From NCBI RefSeq assembly GCF_056746865.1, contig NZ_CM163382.1: a stretch of 64,000 bases of DNA; one strand, given 5' to 3'. The notes beneath the pieces were generated by a model. It did no database searches and had not been told where the DNA came from. It saw nothing but the letters and a program-made list of their open reading frames with translations. Below are positions 1-14,889 of the stretch, piece after piece. The position numbers and the translations under genes were made by a program. Each line of letters starts with the position of its first letter. Positions within the stretch are counted from its first letter, which is position 1.

Positions 1-1243
1 ACGCGTCTATATCCGAAAAATACTCTTTAATTCCCTCTAGGATAGATTCTGCCACTTGTTGTTGGAATCTTGCCGTTTTCAGTTTGCGCTCTTCCTCAAC
101 GTTACTGATAAACGCCGTTTCGACCAGAATGGAGGGAATATCAGGTGCTTTCAGCACGGCAAACCCGGCCTGTTCAACCTGATTTTTATGCAGCTTGTTG
201 ATTTTACCGAGCTTATTCAGCACCGCTTTACCCAACTTCAGGCTGTCGGCAATGGTCAGCGACTGCACCATATCGAACATGGTGTGGTCGACATAGCGGT
301 CACCGCTTTTGCTCACGCCGCCAATCAAGTCCGAGGCGTTCTGGGTTTGTGCCAGATATTTTGCCGCAGTACTTGTCGCGCCTTTGGTCGAAAGCGCAAA
401 CACGGAAGAACCGCTCGGCTGGCGACTGGTAAAGGCATCAGCATGGATAGAAACAAAAAGGTCAGCACGTTGTTTCTGTGCTTTTGCTACACGCACTTGC
501 AACGGAATGAAGATGTCTTCATTGCGCGTCATGTACACCTTCATATTACCCTCTTTTTCGATCAGAGAGCGCAGACGGCGAGCTATTTGCAATACCACGT
601 CTTTTTCGCGTGTTTTGTATTTCCCCACCGCACCGGGGTCTTCGCCACCGTGGCCGGGGTCAAGCATAATGACAATCGGACGATCACGCCCTGCTTTACC
701 CGGTTGTGGACCACTTTGTGCTGGCGGCACCTGCTTTTCGAGGTCGCCTTTGTTGTAATCCTCCAGCAGCGCCAGCAGCGGGTCCTGCATATCCTGTGCA
801 TTGGCCGGATAGAGGTCCATCACCAGACGCTCTTTAAACCCGGCGACCGGCGCAAGGGCAAACAGCTGCGGTTTTACGTTTTGCTTTAATTCAAAAACCA
901 TGCGTACGGTTTGCGGGTCAAATTGCCCGACGCGCGCCGACTTGATGAACGGGTCGTCTGCACGAATTTGTGCCGCCATCCCCTTGAGTACCGAGTTCAG
1001 GTTTACATCTTCGATATCCACCACCACACGTTCAGGGTTACTTAACGCGAACTGCTTATATTGCAGCTGACGATTTGATTCTACCGTCACGCGGGTGTAG
1101 CTGGACGCAGGCCAGACGCGTACCGCCACGACCTGGCTGACCGCAGCCAGGCTGACCTGACTTACGCTCAATAGCCACATGGCGCCCGCACCTTGCAGTA
1201 AACGACGACGGCTGATTACATAATTATAGTTAGATACCAGCAT
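1..1243 (-). CDS. amiC: N-acetylmuramoyl-L-alanine amidase AmiC, partial (C-terminus beyond window start)
   Basis: Minus-strand frame open from ATG at 1241-1243 to position 1; N-terminus [33 protein letters not shown] has a Tat motif and matches AmiC from memory. Absent from the ORF track because it runs off the window edge. Confidence 0.75.
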   Translation of the reverse strand, partial: MLVSNYNYVISRRRLLQGAGAMWLLSVSQVSLAAVSQVVAVRVWPASSYTRVTVESNRQLQYKQFALSNPERVVVDIEDVNLNSVLKGMAAQIRADDPFIKSARVGQFDPQTVRMVFELKQNVKPQLFALAPVAGFKERLVMDLYPANAQDMQDPLLALLEDYNKGDLEKQVPPAQSGPQPGKAGRDRPIVIMLDPGHGGEDPGAVGKYKTREKDVVLQIARRLRSLIEKEGNMKVYMTRNEDIFIPLQVRVAKAQKQRADLFVSIHADAFTSRQPSGSSVFALSTKGATSTAAKYLAQTQNASDLIGGVSKSGDRYVDHTMFDMVQSLTIADSLKLGKAVLNKLGKINKLHKNQVEQAGFAVLKAPDIPSILVETAFISNVEEERKLKTARFQQQVAESILEGIKEYFSDIDA

Positions 1244-1895
1244 ACCTTACCTAAGCAATACAATGTTCAATAATATAACTATGCTCTAATAAATTTTTAC
1301 AGGTGTTTAAAGAAATAATCACACGTATTCTTATCTTTGCAATCTAATCTAATTTTAAATAAAGGTCAATATCTTATTTTTTGATATAAGTTTTCTTAAA
1401 TACCACGATATAAAAACATTTTATTTAAGTGATTTCTTTTAGTTTGTTTTTCAAATAAAAGGGATGTACTCATGACATTTTAAATATGTACATCATGCAC
1501 AGCAATATTATAGTTTTTATCTGATTACTGAGAAGTATCTATCAATAGAACAATGTTTTTTAGTTTGTATAGGGAAGAGTTGGGTTGAATTGAGAATAAA
1601 AACTAGAGATTACTGGGGAAGGAACTTTTCAAATCCGAAATCATGGTCTACAATGAAAAAATGATGTTCTAAGTATTCCTATCATGAATAAGAATGCACC
1701 ATATTTTGAATAGTATAATTTTATATTTATATATCCTTTACTGTACGATGATGATATTTTATGCCTGAATGACAAGGGTGTTATTTTATACCACATATAA
1801 ATTTGCAGAAAATATAAAATGAGAAGCACTGAATAATCGCGGCTTCTGGCTATGATTTAAATGTTTTTACATTTTTTCAAAGTAAATTCAGTTCA

Positions 1896-3299
<1,404 letters not shown>

Positions 3300-3300
<1 letters not shown>

Positions 3301-3851
3301 CGCATGAAGGCGTTTCCGACATCCTCTCTGTTCATCGGCAGATAGCCTATTTCATCCAGGATCAACACCCGGGCATAACTCAGTTGCTGTAGCTGACGCT
3401 CCAGCCGGTTTTCCTGTTTCGCTTTCATCAGTGTCGCGATCAGTCTGTCCAGTGGCATAAACAGTACCCGATGTCCCGCATCCACCGCTTTCACGCCAAG
3501 AGCTATGGCCAGATGAGTTTTTCCGACACCAGGAGGTCCCAGCAGGATCACGTTTTCGCTGCGCTCCACGAACGCCAGACCAGCCAGTTCCCGGACAACC
3601 TTACGGTAGATGCCCGGCTGGAAGGTAAAGTCGAACTGCTCCAGCGTTTTGACCCACGGCAGACGAGCCTGCTTCAGCCTGGACTCCATACCGCGCTGAT
3701 GCCTGCCGTTCCATTCCTGCTGTAGCGCCATGCACAGGAACTCCCGGTAGTTCAGCTCTTTTTTAGCTGCCTGTTCCAGCAGGCTTTCAACGTGATAACT
3801 CAGATGCTCCATTTTCAGGCGACTCAGCAGGACTTCCAGCTCATGCATCAC
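3300..3851 (-). pseudogene. istB: IS21-family IstB helper ATPase, 3'-truncated by IS110-family insertion
   Basis: Walker [12 protein letters not shown] and LDEIGYLP present; C-terminal tail of ORF 3105-3851 is not IstB-like. Confidence 0.6.
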
Positions 3852-5020
3852 AACAGCTCCTCATAGGCACTCAGTAGTCGATGTTCCACCTGACTGACCT
3901 GCTGCCAGAGCGGGGTGTGATGCTCCGGCACTGTCTGCCAGCCAGACGATGCCGAACAGAGGCGATGTGAGGCCACCAGTTTCTCATTACTGTAGATCCG
4001 CAACTCGTCATCCAGCGATATTCGTATCGATACCGGCTGACCACACAGCGCTTCGGGAACGCTGTAACGATTACCACCAACCTCGATATAGCTGTCCCAG
4101 GACACATGGCGGATGTCAAAGTAACTGGTATCGAAGTCCGTATCCGGTAACGGCTGCAGATATTCCTGCTCCAGCGCGAAGCGCTGTTCCGGCGTTTCTT
4201 TGAACTGACGAAGCTCCCGTTTGTCAGCCACATCGGCTATCCATTGCTCCAGTTGTTGATTGACATGAGTGAAGCTGTCGAACCTGCGGTACCGGACGAA
4301 GAAGTTCTCCTTGAGGTATTTCACCATCCGCTCAACCTTACCTTTTGTTCTGGCCCTGCGTGGACGGCATGCCCGTGGCAGGAAGTTATAGTGGTCAGCC
4401 AGCAACAGAAATCCGGAGTTGAACACGACTTTCCCGTTGTTATTCTTCAGCACCGCAGCCTTCTGGTTATCAACCAGCACCGTTTTCACACAACCACCGA
4501 AGTAGCGGAAGGCGCGAACCAGTGATTCGTAGGTATTCTCAGCATCCTGTTTTGGGGCAGCGAAGACATGAAAGCGGCGGGAGAACCCCAGCGCATTAAC
4601 CGCAAAGTTAACTTTGCACCGTTGCCCGGCAACTTCCACCTCAACTTCGCCCCAGTCGTGCTGGAGCTGGTATCCAGGCTGAGTTTCGAAGCGAACTGTT
4701 CTTTTTGACGGACGCATTTTACGTTTGGGCTGGATGTAGTAACGCAGCATGGAACGTCCGCCCGTATAGCCCATTGCCTTAATCTCCGCGAAGATAACCG
4801 CGCTATTCCAGACATTCTCTGCCAGGCGCATGTCGATGTAATCCATAAACGGTTTCAGCTTAACCATTTTGTGGCGGGTCCTTCTGGCTGGCGGTTCAGG
4901 GTATTTGAGGTAGCGTCTGACCGTTCGTTCAGAGCAACCAATCTGAGTCACAATATCGACAATGTACGCGCCCTGCTGGCGCATTTGCTTTATCATGTAA
5001 AAGTCCTCTCTGCTCAGCAT
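3848..5020 (-). CDS. istA: IS21-family IstA transposase
   Basis: 390-aa ORF with N-terminal HTH and IstA-like core; overlaps istB start in the usual IS21 arrangement. Confidence 0.7.
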   Translation of the reverse strand: MLSREDFYMIKQMRQQGAYIVDIVTQIGCSERTVRRYLKYPEPPARRTRHKMVKLKPFMDYIDMRLAENVWNSAVIFAEIKAMGYTGGRSMLRYYIQPKRKMRPSKRTVRFETQPGYQLQHDWGEVEVEVAGQRCKVNFAVNALGFSRRFHVFAAPKQDAENTYESLVRAFRYFGGCVKTVLVDNQKAAVLKNNNGKVVFNSGFLLLADHYNFLPRACRPRRARTKGKVERMVKYLKENFFVRYRRFDSFTHVNQQLEQWIADVADKRELRQFKETPEQRFALEQEYLQPLPDTDFDTSYFDIRHVSWDSYIEVGGNRYSVPEALCGQPVSIRISLDDELRIYSNEKLVASHRLCSASSGWQTVPEHHTPLWQQVSQVEHRLLSAYEELL

Positions 5021-5067
5021 GTTGATGTCCTTTCTGGTGTGAGAACCTTAAGGAAACAACATGTTGG

Positions 5068-5406
5068 GTGGAGCGGACAATCCAAATGGTGAATTACCGT
5101 CTTATATCACTGGCGCTGACAGGCTTTAACGGCCTGTCCTCAAAAGTTCAGAACGTCCTGAAGGATGACCCGTTCTCCGGGCATATCTTCGTCTTCCGGG
5201 GCCGCAGTGGCAAAATGGTGAAAATACTGTGGGCCGATCGTGATGGGTTATGCCTGTTCGCCAAACGCCTGGAACGGGGCCGCTTCATCTGGCCGGTGAC
5301 CCGGGAAGGGAAAGTGCACCTGACGCCAGCTCAGTTATCCATGCTACTGGAGGGGATCGCGTGGCAACATCCCAAACGGACAGAACGGCCTGGCATCCGG
5401 ATATAA
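5068..5406 (+). CDS. IS66-family accessory protein TnpB (orf2); element 5'-truncated (no orf1)
   Basis: 112 aa; about 60% identical by eye to TnpB of the intact IS66-family copy at 19249-19599 (KILWADRDGLCLFAKRLE). Confidence 0.7.
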   Translation: MERTIQMVNYRLISLALTGFNGLSSKVQNVLKDDPFSGHIFVFRGRSGKMVKILWADRDGLCLFAKRLERGRFIWPVTREGKVHLTPAQLSMLLEGIAWQHPKRTERPGIRI

Positions 5407-5966
5407 CCCGTTGCAAAGCGAGTATATGGACACCTCACTTGCTCATGAGAATCCCCGCCTGCGGGCACTGTTGCAGACGCAACAGGACACCATCCGCCAG
5501 ATGGCTGAATACAACCGCCTGCTCTCACAGAGGGTGGCGGCTTATGCTTCTGAAATCAACCGGCTGAAGGCGCTGGTTGCGAAACTGCAACGTATGCATT
5601 TCGGTAAAAGCTCAGAAAAACTTCGCGCAAAAACCGAACGACAGATACAGGAAGCACAGGAGAGAATCAGCACACTTCAGGAAGAAATGGCGGAAACGCT
5701 GGGTGAGCAATATGACCCGGTACTGCCATCCGCCGCCCTGCGTCAGTCTTCAGCCTGTAAACAGTTACCGGCCTCACTTCCCCGTGAAACCCGGGTTATC
5801 CGGCCAGAAGAGGAATGCTGTCCTGCCTGTGGTGGTGAACTCAGTTCTCTGGGATGTGATGTGTCAGAGCAGCTGGAGCTTATCAGCTGCGCCTTTAAGG
5901 TTATCGAAACACAAGTCCGAAACTGGCCTGTTGTCGGTGTGACCATATCGTGCAGGCGCCGGCTCA

Positions 5967-7919
<1,953 letters not shown>

Positions 7920-9028
7920 GCTCATTCAAAACCCATTGCACACAGTTATGCCGGAGCGGGGCTTCTGGCCCATGTTGTCACCGGGAAGTATGCAGACCAT
8001 CTGCCGTTATACCGTCAGTCAGAAATATACCGCAGTCAGGACGTGGAGCTGACACCGTTGCTGAACTGCTGGAGCCGCTGTATGACGTCCTGCGCCAGTA
8101 TGTGCTGATGCCCGGTAAAGTCCATGCTGATGATATCCCCGTTCCGGTCCAGGAGCCAGGCAGTGGTAAAAACCGAACGGACAGGCTGTGGGTCTACGTC
8201 CGTGATGACCGTAATGCCGGGTCGGAGATGCCCCCGGCGGTCTGGTTCGCGTACAGTCAGGACCGGAAAGGTATCCATCCACAGAATCATCTGGCCGGTT
8301 ACAGCGGTGTGCTTCAGGCCGATACTTACGGTGGTTACCGGGCGTTATACGAATCCGGCAGAATAACGGAAGCCGCGTGTATGGCCCATGCCCGGAGGAA
8401 AATCCACGATTTGCATGCAAGAGCGCCAACTGACATCACCACGGAAGCCCTGCAGCGTATCGGTGAACTGTATGCCATCGAGGCAGAAGTCCGGGGATGT
8501 ACAGCAGAACAGCGTCTGGCGGCAAGAAAAGCCAGAGCTGCGCCACTGATGCAGTCACTGTATGACTGGATACAGACCCAGATGAAAACACTGTCGCGTC
8601 ACTCGGATACGGTAAAAGCGTTCGCCTACCTGCTGAAACAGTGAGATAGCCTGAACGTGTACTGCAGTAATGGCTGGGTGGAAATCGACAACAACATCGC
8701 AGAGAACGCCTTACGGGGAGTGGACGTAGGCCGGAAAAACTGGTTGTTCGCGGGTTCCGACAGCGGTGGCGAACATGCGGCGGTGTTGTACTCGCTGATC
8801 GGCACATGCCGTCTGAACAATGTTGAACCAGAAAAATGGCTGCGTTACGTCATTGAGCATATCCAGGACTGGCCGACAAACCGGGTACGCGATCTGTTGC
8901 CCTGGAAAGTTGATCTGAGCTCTCAGTAAATATCAATACGGTTCTGGCGAACCGCTTACTGTTCAATGGTCCATTGGGGTTTTGACATCAATTATCTCCG
9001 GTAAGTTAGTGAATGGATATCGGTAATG

Positions 9029-9383
9029 CTAACTGACTAAAAATCCCTGTGAAGATGACTTCCCCGTAACGACATAAACAAAGCGAACACCCGGACGAAA
9101 TACTATTTCACAAATTGTTAGGGCATCATTTATGAGCAGCGTTTTAATCGAGTAGTCTTTACTTGCATTGCTGCCTTTATTCTCAGGTGTTCTCATGTCC
9201 AAGATGCTCTGTGAGTTCAGCGCTAAGCTCATCTTTAACAGTACACTTCGTAAGCATGTATAAAAACAGGTTAAGATCAGATTCGGTTTTAAGGCAATTT
9301 ACCAGTTCGGCAGCAATAGCATTGGATTCTTGTTTATCAATTGCCTGTCTCCACGGTGTAGGGAACATATCAAAAACAGGCAA
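9029..9383 (-). pseudogene. Putative 5' remnant of the ibrA-like partner gene downstream of the ParB-like gene
   Basis: Two short overlapping minus-strand ORFs (9183-9383, 9029-9232) immediately downstream of the ibrB-like gene, ending against the IS66-family right end near 8960. Assignment is by position only. Confidence 0.25.
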
Positions 9384-9422
9384 TTACAAAATTTAAATTA
9401 CACTCTCGTCAGAACATAGCCC

Positions 9423-9917
9423 TTAACGAACCGTCCATGCAGGGCTGAAATCCTCTTCCTGAAACAGCTCTGTCAGCCCGCTAATCTGTTTCAGCCTCAG
9501 CACTTCATCCTGGTCCATGCCCAACTCTGTGCCAATACGCTCATCTGTCCAGCCCAGACGTGAGAGGTCCCTGACAATGTCAGACATTGACGTTACCTGG
9601 TGTTTTCCCCTGGCACGGTTATGCCGTATGGTTGCGGCAATACGTGATGCCTGTCCCTTTCTCTCTGGATTAATACAGGCCACTGGCAGCCAGCCCTTCA
9701 GACGTTTTCTCGTATCCGCTTTCCTGCCCAGCAACTGACGATGAAAACCATCCACGACCAGATAATGCTCCTTCTCTTCCGAAACCACCACAGGCTGCGT
9801 GAATCCATCCTGCTCCAGTGAATGTTTAAGCAGTTTTTTTTCACTGGAAGACATGACATTGGGATTGTAATCGTTGGCCACCACCTCATCCGCTTTCACC
9901 CACAACACACAATCCAC
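9423..9917 (-). CDS. ParB-like nuclease domain protein (IbrB-like)
   Basis: 164 aa with ParB N-terminal-domain motif VVDGFHRQ and a C-terminal HTH-like segment. Confidence 0.55.
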   Translation of the reverse strand: MDCVLWVKADEVVANDYNPNVMSSSEKKLLKHSLEQDGFTQPVVVSEEKEHYLVVDGFHRQLLGRKADTRKRLKGWLPVACINPERKGQASRIAATIRHNRARGKHQVTSMSDIVRDLSRLGWTDERIGTELGMDQDEVLRLKQISGLTELFQEEDFSPAWTVR

Positions 9918-10003
9918 AGGCTCCTGTGCAAAAGGGCTGACTGATCTTACCCAGCAATAGTGGACACAGGACTAAGTGAGTAAACTCTTAACCAGGGTGA
10001 CTC

Positions 10004-10303
10004 ATGACAAAACCAGTATCAATCAGCAAGAAGCCCCGTGAACAACATTCGCCTGAATTTCGTAACGAAGCCCTGAAACTCGCTGAACGCATCGGTGTGG
10101 CCGCCACAGCCCGTGAACTCAGCCTGTATGAATCTCAGCTTTATGCCTGGCGCAGTAAACAGCAGCAACAAATGAGTTCGTCAGAGCGCGAAAGCGAACT
10201 GGCCGCTGAAAATGTCCGCCTTAAACGACAACTGGCGGAGCAGGCTGAGGAACTGGCCATCCTCCAAAAGGCCGCGACATACTTCGCGAAGCGCCTGAAA
10301 TGA
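10004..10303 (+). CDS. IS3 OrfA
   Basis: 99 aa [32 protein letters not shown]..., recognised as IS3 OrfA. Confidence 0.85.
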   Translation: MTKPVSISKKPREQHSPEFRNEALKLAERIGVAATARELSLYESQLYAWRSKQQQQMSSSERESELAAENVRLKRQLAEQAEELAILQKAATYFAKRLK

Positions 10304-13300
10304 AGTATGTCTTCATCGAAAATCATCGGGCAGAGTTCAGCATCAAAGCGATGTGTCGTGTACTTCGGGTTGCCCGCAGCGGCTGGTATGTCTGGCTCAG
10401 GCGTCGTCACCAGATGAGCCTGCGCCAACAGTTTCGGCTCACCTGCGATGCCGCTGTCCATAAGGCATTCTTTGAGGCAAAGCAGCGATACGGTGCTCCC
10501 CGCCTTGCTGACGAACTGCCGGAGTTCAATATTAAAACCATTGCCGCCAGCCTGCGTCGTCAGGGGCTGCGGGCGAAAGCCAGCCGGAAGTTCAGCCCGG
10601 CCAGCTACCGTGCACATGGCCTGCCCGTATTGGAGAATCTGCTGGAGCAGGACTTCAGCGCCAGCGGCCCGAACCAGAAGTGGGTGGGTGACATCACGTA
10701 CTGTGTGCCCGGAGTTCAGGGCGAGCATAGACGCTCAAATGAACCACGAGTCTGTCTGGAATATTGAACCGGTAACTCACGATGAGAAACCCAACAATCC
10801 CACCGGGTGTGACGGTGGAGAACCTGAGCGGCAGTGACCTGCGGCATGCCCGCAGGGTGATGTAACCCGCTGACAACGGGGATTGAGGCGAGATCACTAA
10901 GCCGAGATGATCCTCAAGGTTAAGTACTGAAAGGCTTAAGAATATGAACCCGTTAATCCGCCTCTGTGGGTTGAAAACGTCACCACGGCCTACGTGATCT
11001 GACAGGCCGTGCAGGAGGAACTGGCAGTGATACGTAAGCACTGCCGGTCGAAGGTGTTTTGACATGTATGCGAAACTCCGGGGCAGCAGCGTCTATCACG
11101 CTCGCGTTGCTGACTTCTGCCAACTTGCGGCAAGCAAGGATAAAGAGTGCGACGGGCAGCCTCCTCAGTATGTCTGAGTCCAGTCAGGCAAACCGGGGAA
11201 GGTCAGCGACGGATGTTAAGGGGGCATGGCTCCGATGACGCGCTGGCTGGCGGAGCTTCCGTAGTAGTCCGCGATGGGGAAAGCCCATTACATGGCGAAG
11301 GGAAGCAGTTTGAATGTGTCTGCGACGTAAATTAACTGACCTAACGAGGTGAAGACCTTTGATAATCAGCGAAATGCAACGCAAGCTTGCCACATGGGCA
11401 GCCACCGATCCGTCCCTACGGATTCAACGGCTGCTGCGTCTGATAACACAACCAGAATGGCTGGCTGAAGCGGCGCGGATCACGCTTTCATCAAAGGGGG
11501 CGAATACCCCCGGTGTTGATGGCGTGAACAAAACAATGCTACAGGCCAGACTGGCTGTTGAGCTGCAAATCCTCAGGGATGAATTACTCTCAGGCCACTA
11601 CCAGCCCTTGCCCGCCAGGCGGGTTTACATCCCTAAAAGCAATGGCAAACTGCGACCACTGGGTATCCCCGCGTTGCGGGATCGTATTGTTCAGCGGGCC
11701 ATGCTGATGGCGATGGAGCCGATATGGGAGAGTGATTTTCATACGCTCTCATATGGCTTCCGGCCTGAGCGCAGTGTCCACCACTCGATCCGCACGGTGA
11801 AATTACAGCTCACCGACTGCGGTGAAACCCGGGGACGCTGGGTGATTGAAGGCGACCTGTCCAGTTACTTCGACACCGTACATCATCGACTGCTGATGAA
11901 GGCTGTACGCCGCAGGATCAGTGACGCACGTTTCATGACTCTGCTGTGGAAAACCATCAAGGCGGGACATATCGATGTCGGTCTCTTTCGGGCGGCCAGT
12001 GAAGGTGTGCCACAGGGCGGTGTTATATCGCCGCTATTGTCGAACATCATGCTGAATGAGTTCGATCAATACCTGCATGAGCGCTACCTGAGCGGGAAAG
12101 CAAGAAAAGATCGGTGGTACTGGAATAACAGTATCCAACGGGGCCGAAGTACGGCGGTCAGAGAAAACTGGCAGTGGAAACCCGCGGTGGCGTACTGCCG
12201 CTATGCCGATGATTTTGTCCTCATCGTCAAAGGCACCAAAGCACAGGCGGAAGCCATCAGGGAGGAGTGTCGGGGTGTGCTCGAAGGCAGTCTGAAACTC
12301 AGGCTGAACATGGATAAGACTAAAATCACCCATGTTAATGACGGCTTTATCTTTCTGGGGCACAGGATCATTCGCAAACGCAGTCGTTATGGCGAGATGC
12401 AAGTGGTCTCAACGATCCCGCTGGAGAAAGCCAGAAACTTCGCCGCATCGCTGACAGCACTGTTATCAGGCAACTACAGTGAAAGCAAAGTCGATATGGC
12501 TGAACAACTCAACCGAAAACTGAAAGGCTGGGCCATGTTCTATCAGTTCGTTGATTTTAAGGCCAAAGTCTTCAGTTATATCGACCGTGTCGTGTTCTAG
12601 AAGCTGGCTCACTGGCTGGCCCGCAAATACCGTACAAGTATCGCTTCCCTGATGAGGTGGTGGTGTAAATCACCGAAACCGGGTCAGAGCAAAACGTGGG
12701 TTTTATTTGGTAAAACCAATCACGGCAAGCTCAGCGGCGAAATACTGTACCGGTTGGTGGGGCAAGGCAAGAAGCTGTTCCGCTGGCGGCTACCCGAAGG
12801 TAATCCCTATCTGAGGACGGAAACCAGAAAGACGTATACATCGCGCTTTACAGAAGTGGCAATGGCGTTCGCCAGCGTTTAAATGGAGAGCCGGATGCGC
12901 TGAAAGGTGCATGTCCGGTTCGGGGAGGAGAGGCAGGGAAATAGTCCGACTACGCCCTGCCTCTTACTCTACTGCGTACCGATGAGGGCTGGTTGTATCT
13001 CACAGTAGTCATCGACCTATGGTCACGCGCCGTCATTGGCTGGTCGATGTCACCGCGAATGACAGCACAACTGGCCTGTGATGCACGGCAAATGGCGTTG
13101 TGGCGGAGAAGACGCCCGGAAAGCGTCATTGCTCATACGGACCGTGGTGGTCAATACTGTTCAGGGGATTATCAGGCGCTGCTGAAGCGACACAACCTGC
13201 GTGGCAGTATGAGTGCGAAAGGCTACTGTTATGACAATGCCTGTGTGGAAAGCTTCTTTCATTCGCTGAAGGTGGAATGTATCCACGGGGAACGCTTTAG

Positions 13301-13424
13301 CAGCCGGGAAATAATGCGGGCAACGGTGTTTAATTATATCGAGTGTGATTACAATCGCTGGCGTCGTCACAGTGCCTGTGGCGGTCTCAGCCCGGAACAA
13401 TTTGAAAACCATAATCTCGCTTAG
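10300..13424 (+). CDS. IS3 OrfB interrupted by group II intron (exon 1 10300-10702, exon 2 12973-13424)
   Basis: Exon 1 ends ...GDITY plus T; exon 2 starts TGCGTACCGATGAG; the ligated junction TAC-TTG-CGT reads YLR and restores the IS3 OrfB frame. Confidence 0.75.
11359..12600 (+). CDS. Group II intron-encoded reverse transcriptase/maturase
   Basis: 413 aa with RT motifs including YADD ([11 protein letters not shown]) and a C-terminal maturase-like region; probably no endonuclease domain given its length. Confidence 0.85.
   Translation: MIISEMQRKLATWAATDPSLRIQRLLRLITQPEWLAEAARITLSSKGANTPGVDGVNKTMLQARLAVELQILRDELLSGHYQPLPARRVYIPKSNGKLRPLGIPALRDRIVQRAMLMAMEPIWESDFHTLSYGFRPERSVHHSIRTVKLQLTDCGETRGRWVIEGDLSSYFDTVHHRLLMKAVRRRISDARFMTLLWKTIKAGHIDVGLFRAASEGVPQGGVISPLLSNIMLNEFDQYLHERYLSGKARKDRWYWNNSIQRGRSTAVRENWQWKPAVAYCRYADDFVLIVKGTKAQAEAIREECRGVLEGSLKLRLNMDKTKITHVNDGFIFLGHRIIRKRSRYGEMQVVSTIPLEKARNFAASLTALLSGNYSESKVDMAEQLNRKLKGWAMFYQFVDFKAKVFSYIDRVVF
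12888..12921 (+). ncRNA. Group II intron domain V
   Basis: GAGCCGGATGCGCTGAAAGGTGCATGTCCGGTTC: AGC triad, GAAA-type loop and complementary arms. Confidence 0.7.
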
Positions 13425-13454
13425 GGCCGTGTCCACATTACGTGGGTAGGATCA

Positions 13455-14280
<826 letters not shown>

Positions 14281-14289
14281 TCAGTCTGT

Positions 14290-14467
14290 AATGCGCTGTG
14301 TGAAAAAGCTCACTGACAGTCTGAGTATTTGTCTGCAAAGGATGGAAGCCCGTCGAGGGTTCCTGAAAACCACTGGTGCGCTGGCGAATAAGCTGACAAG
14401 AATCATCTGGCGTGTTTTGAGCGATAGTATTGATTTTAATATGCAGAAGGCCGTTGTGATGAATTAA
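14290..14467 (+). pseudogene. IS110-family transposase C-terminal fragment
   Basis: ...GALANKLTRIIWRVL... is the characteristic C-terminal motif of IS110-family transposases; no N-terminal part. Confidence 0.4.
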
Positions 14468-14889
14468 AGAAAAACAGTAAGTTATAGAAAATATTTTTAA
14501 CTGAGTTTACATTCACTGATGAGATAACGGCTACCGCCCCTGTAACAGTCTGAAGTTGACCTGGGTAATCAAATACCGGTGTAGTGATTAGGAAATAGGG
14601 CCCGGATAACATCATGGCGCAGGTCATTGAACCTACTAACGACGCCGGATATATGGTCGCAAACCGCATCGAACCAGTACTTGCCTCATCTGGGACGTCC
14701 ATATATGCTCAACAAAAGAGAGCGTTCAGAATTCTAGCCTCACATCATACCTGAAACCGCGTCCCGACCATAGATGATTTTATCGCCGGTTTTTTATGAC
14801 AATTGTTATATTTCCGTAACAATCTTTCCGTAGACTCACGTGCATAAAAATGATTCCCCTTGAAATCGATTTTTTGAAAGGAAACCGCA

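Larger units (their letters stand above)
10703..12972 (+). mobile_element. Group II intron with intron-encoded RT/maturase
   Basis: 5' end GTGTG (GUGYG consensus), 3' end ...CTCTAC (AY), domain V 50 nt from the 3' end, internal RT ORF. Confidence 0.8.
9942..13454 (+). mobile_element. IS3 carrying a 2270-bp group II intron inside orfB
   Basis: IS3-type ends (TGATCTTACCCAGCAATAGTGGACAC... and ...GTGGGTAGGATCA); OrfA and OrfB match IS3 from memory. Confidence 0.8.

Noticed and set aside
56-889. 277-aa plus-strand ORF (and nested ORFs 309-758, 583-801)
   Set aside because: It lies antisense within amiC, whose minus-strand frame is open across the whole region and carries a recognisable Tat signal and amidase sequence; these are shadow ORFs.
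1244-1860. Small ORF 1641-1829 in the AT-rich region upstream of amiC
   Set aside because: Very AT-rich, no recognisable features; most likely non-coding promoter-region DNA.
11359-12600. Reverse transcriptase as a retron or other defence-associated RT
   Set aside because: It sits inside a sequence with GUGYG/AY ends and a canonical domain V, and its removal restores IS3 orfB, so it is a group II intron maturase.
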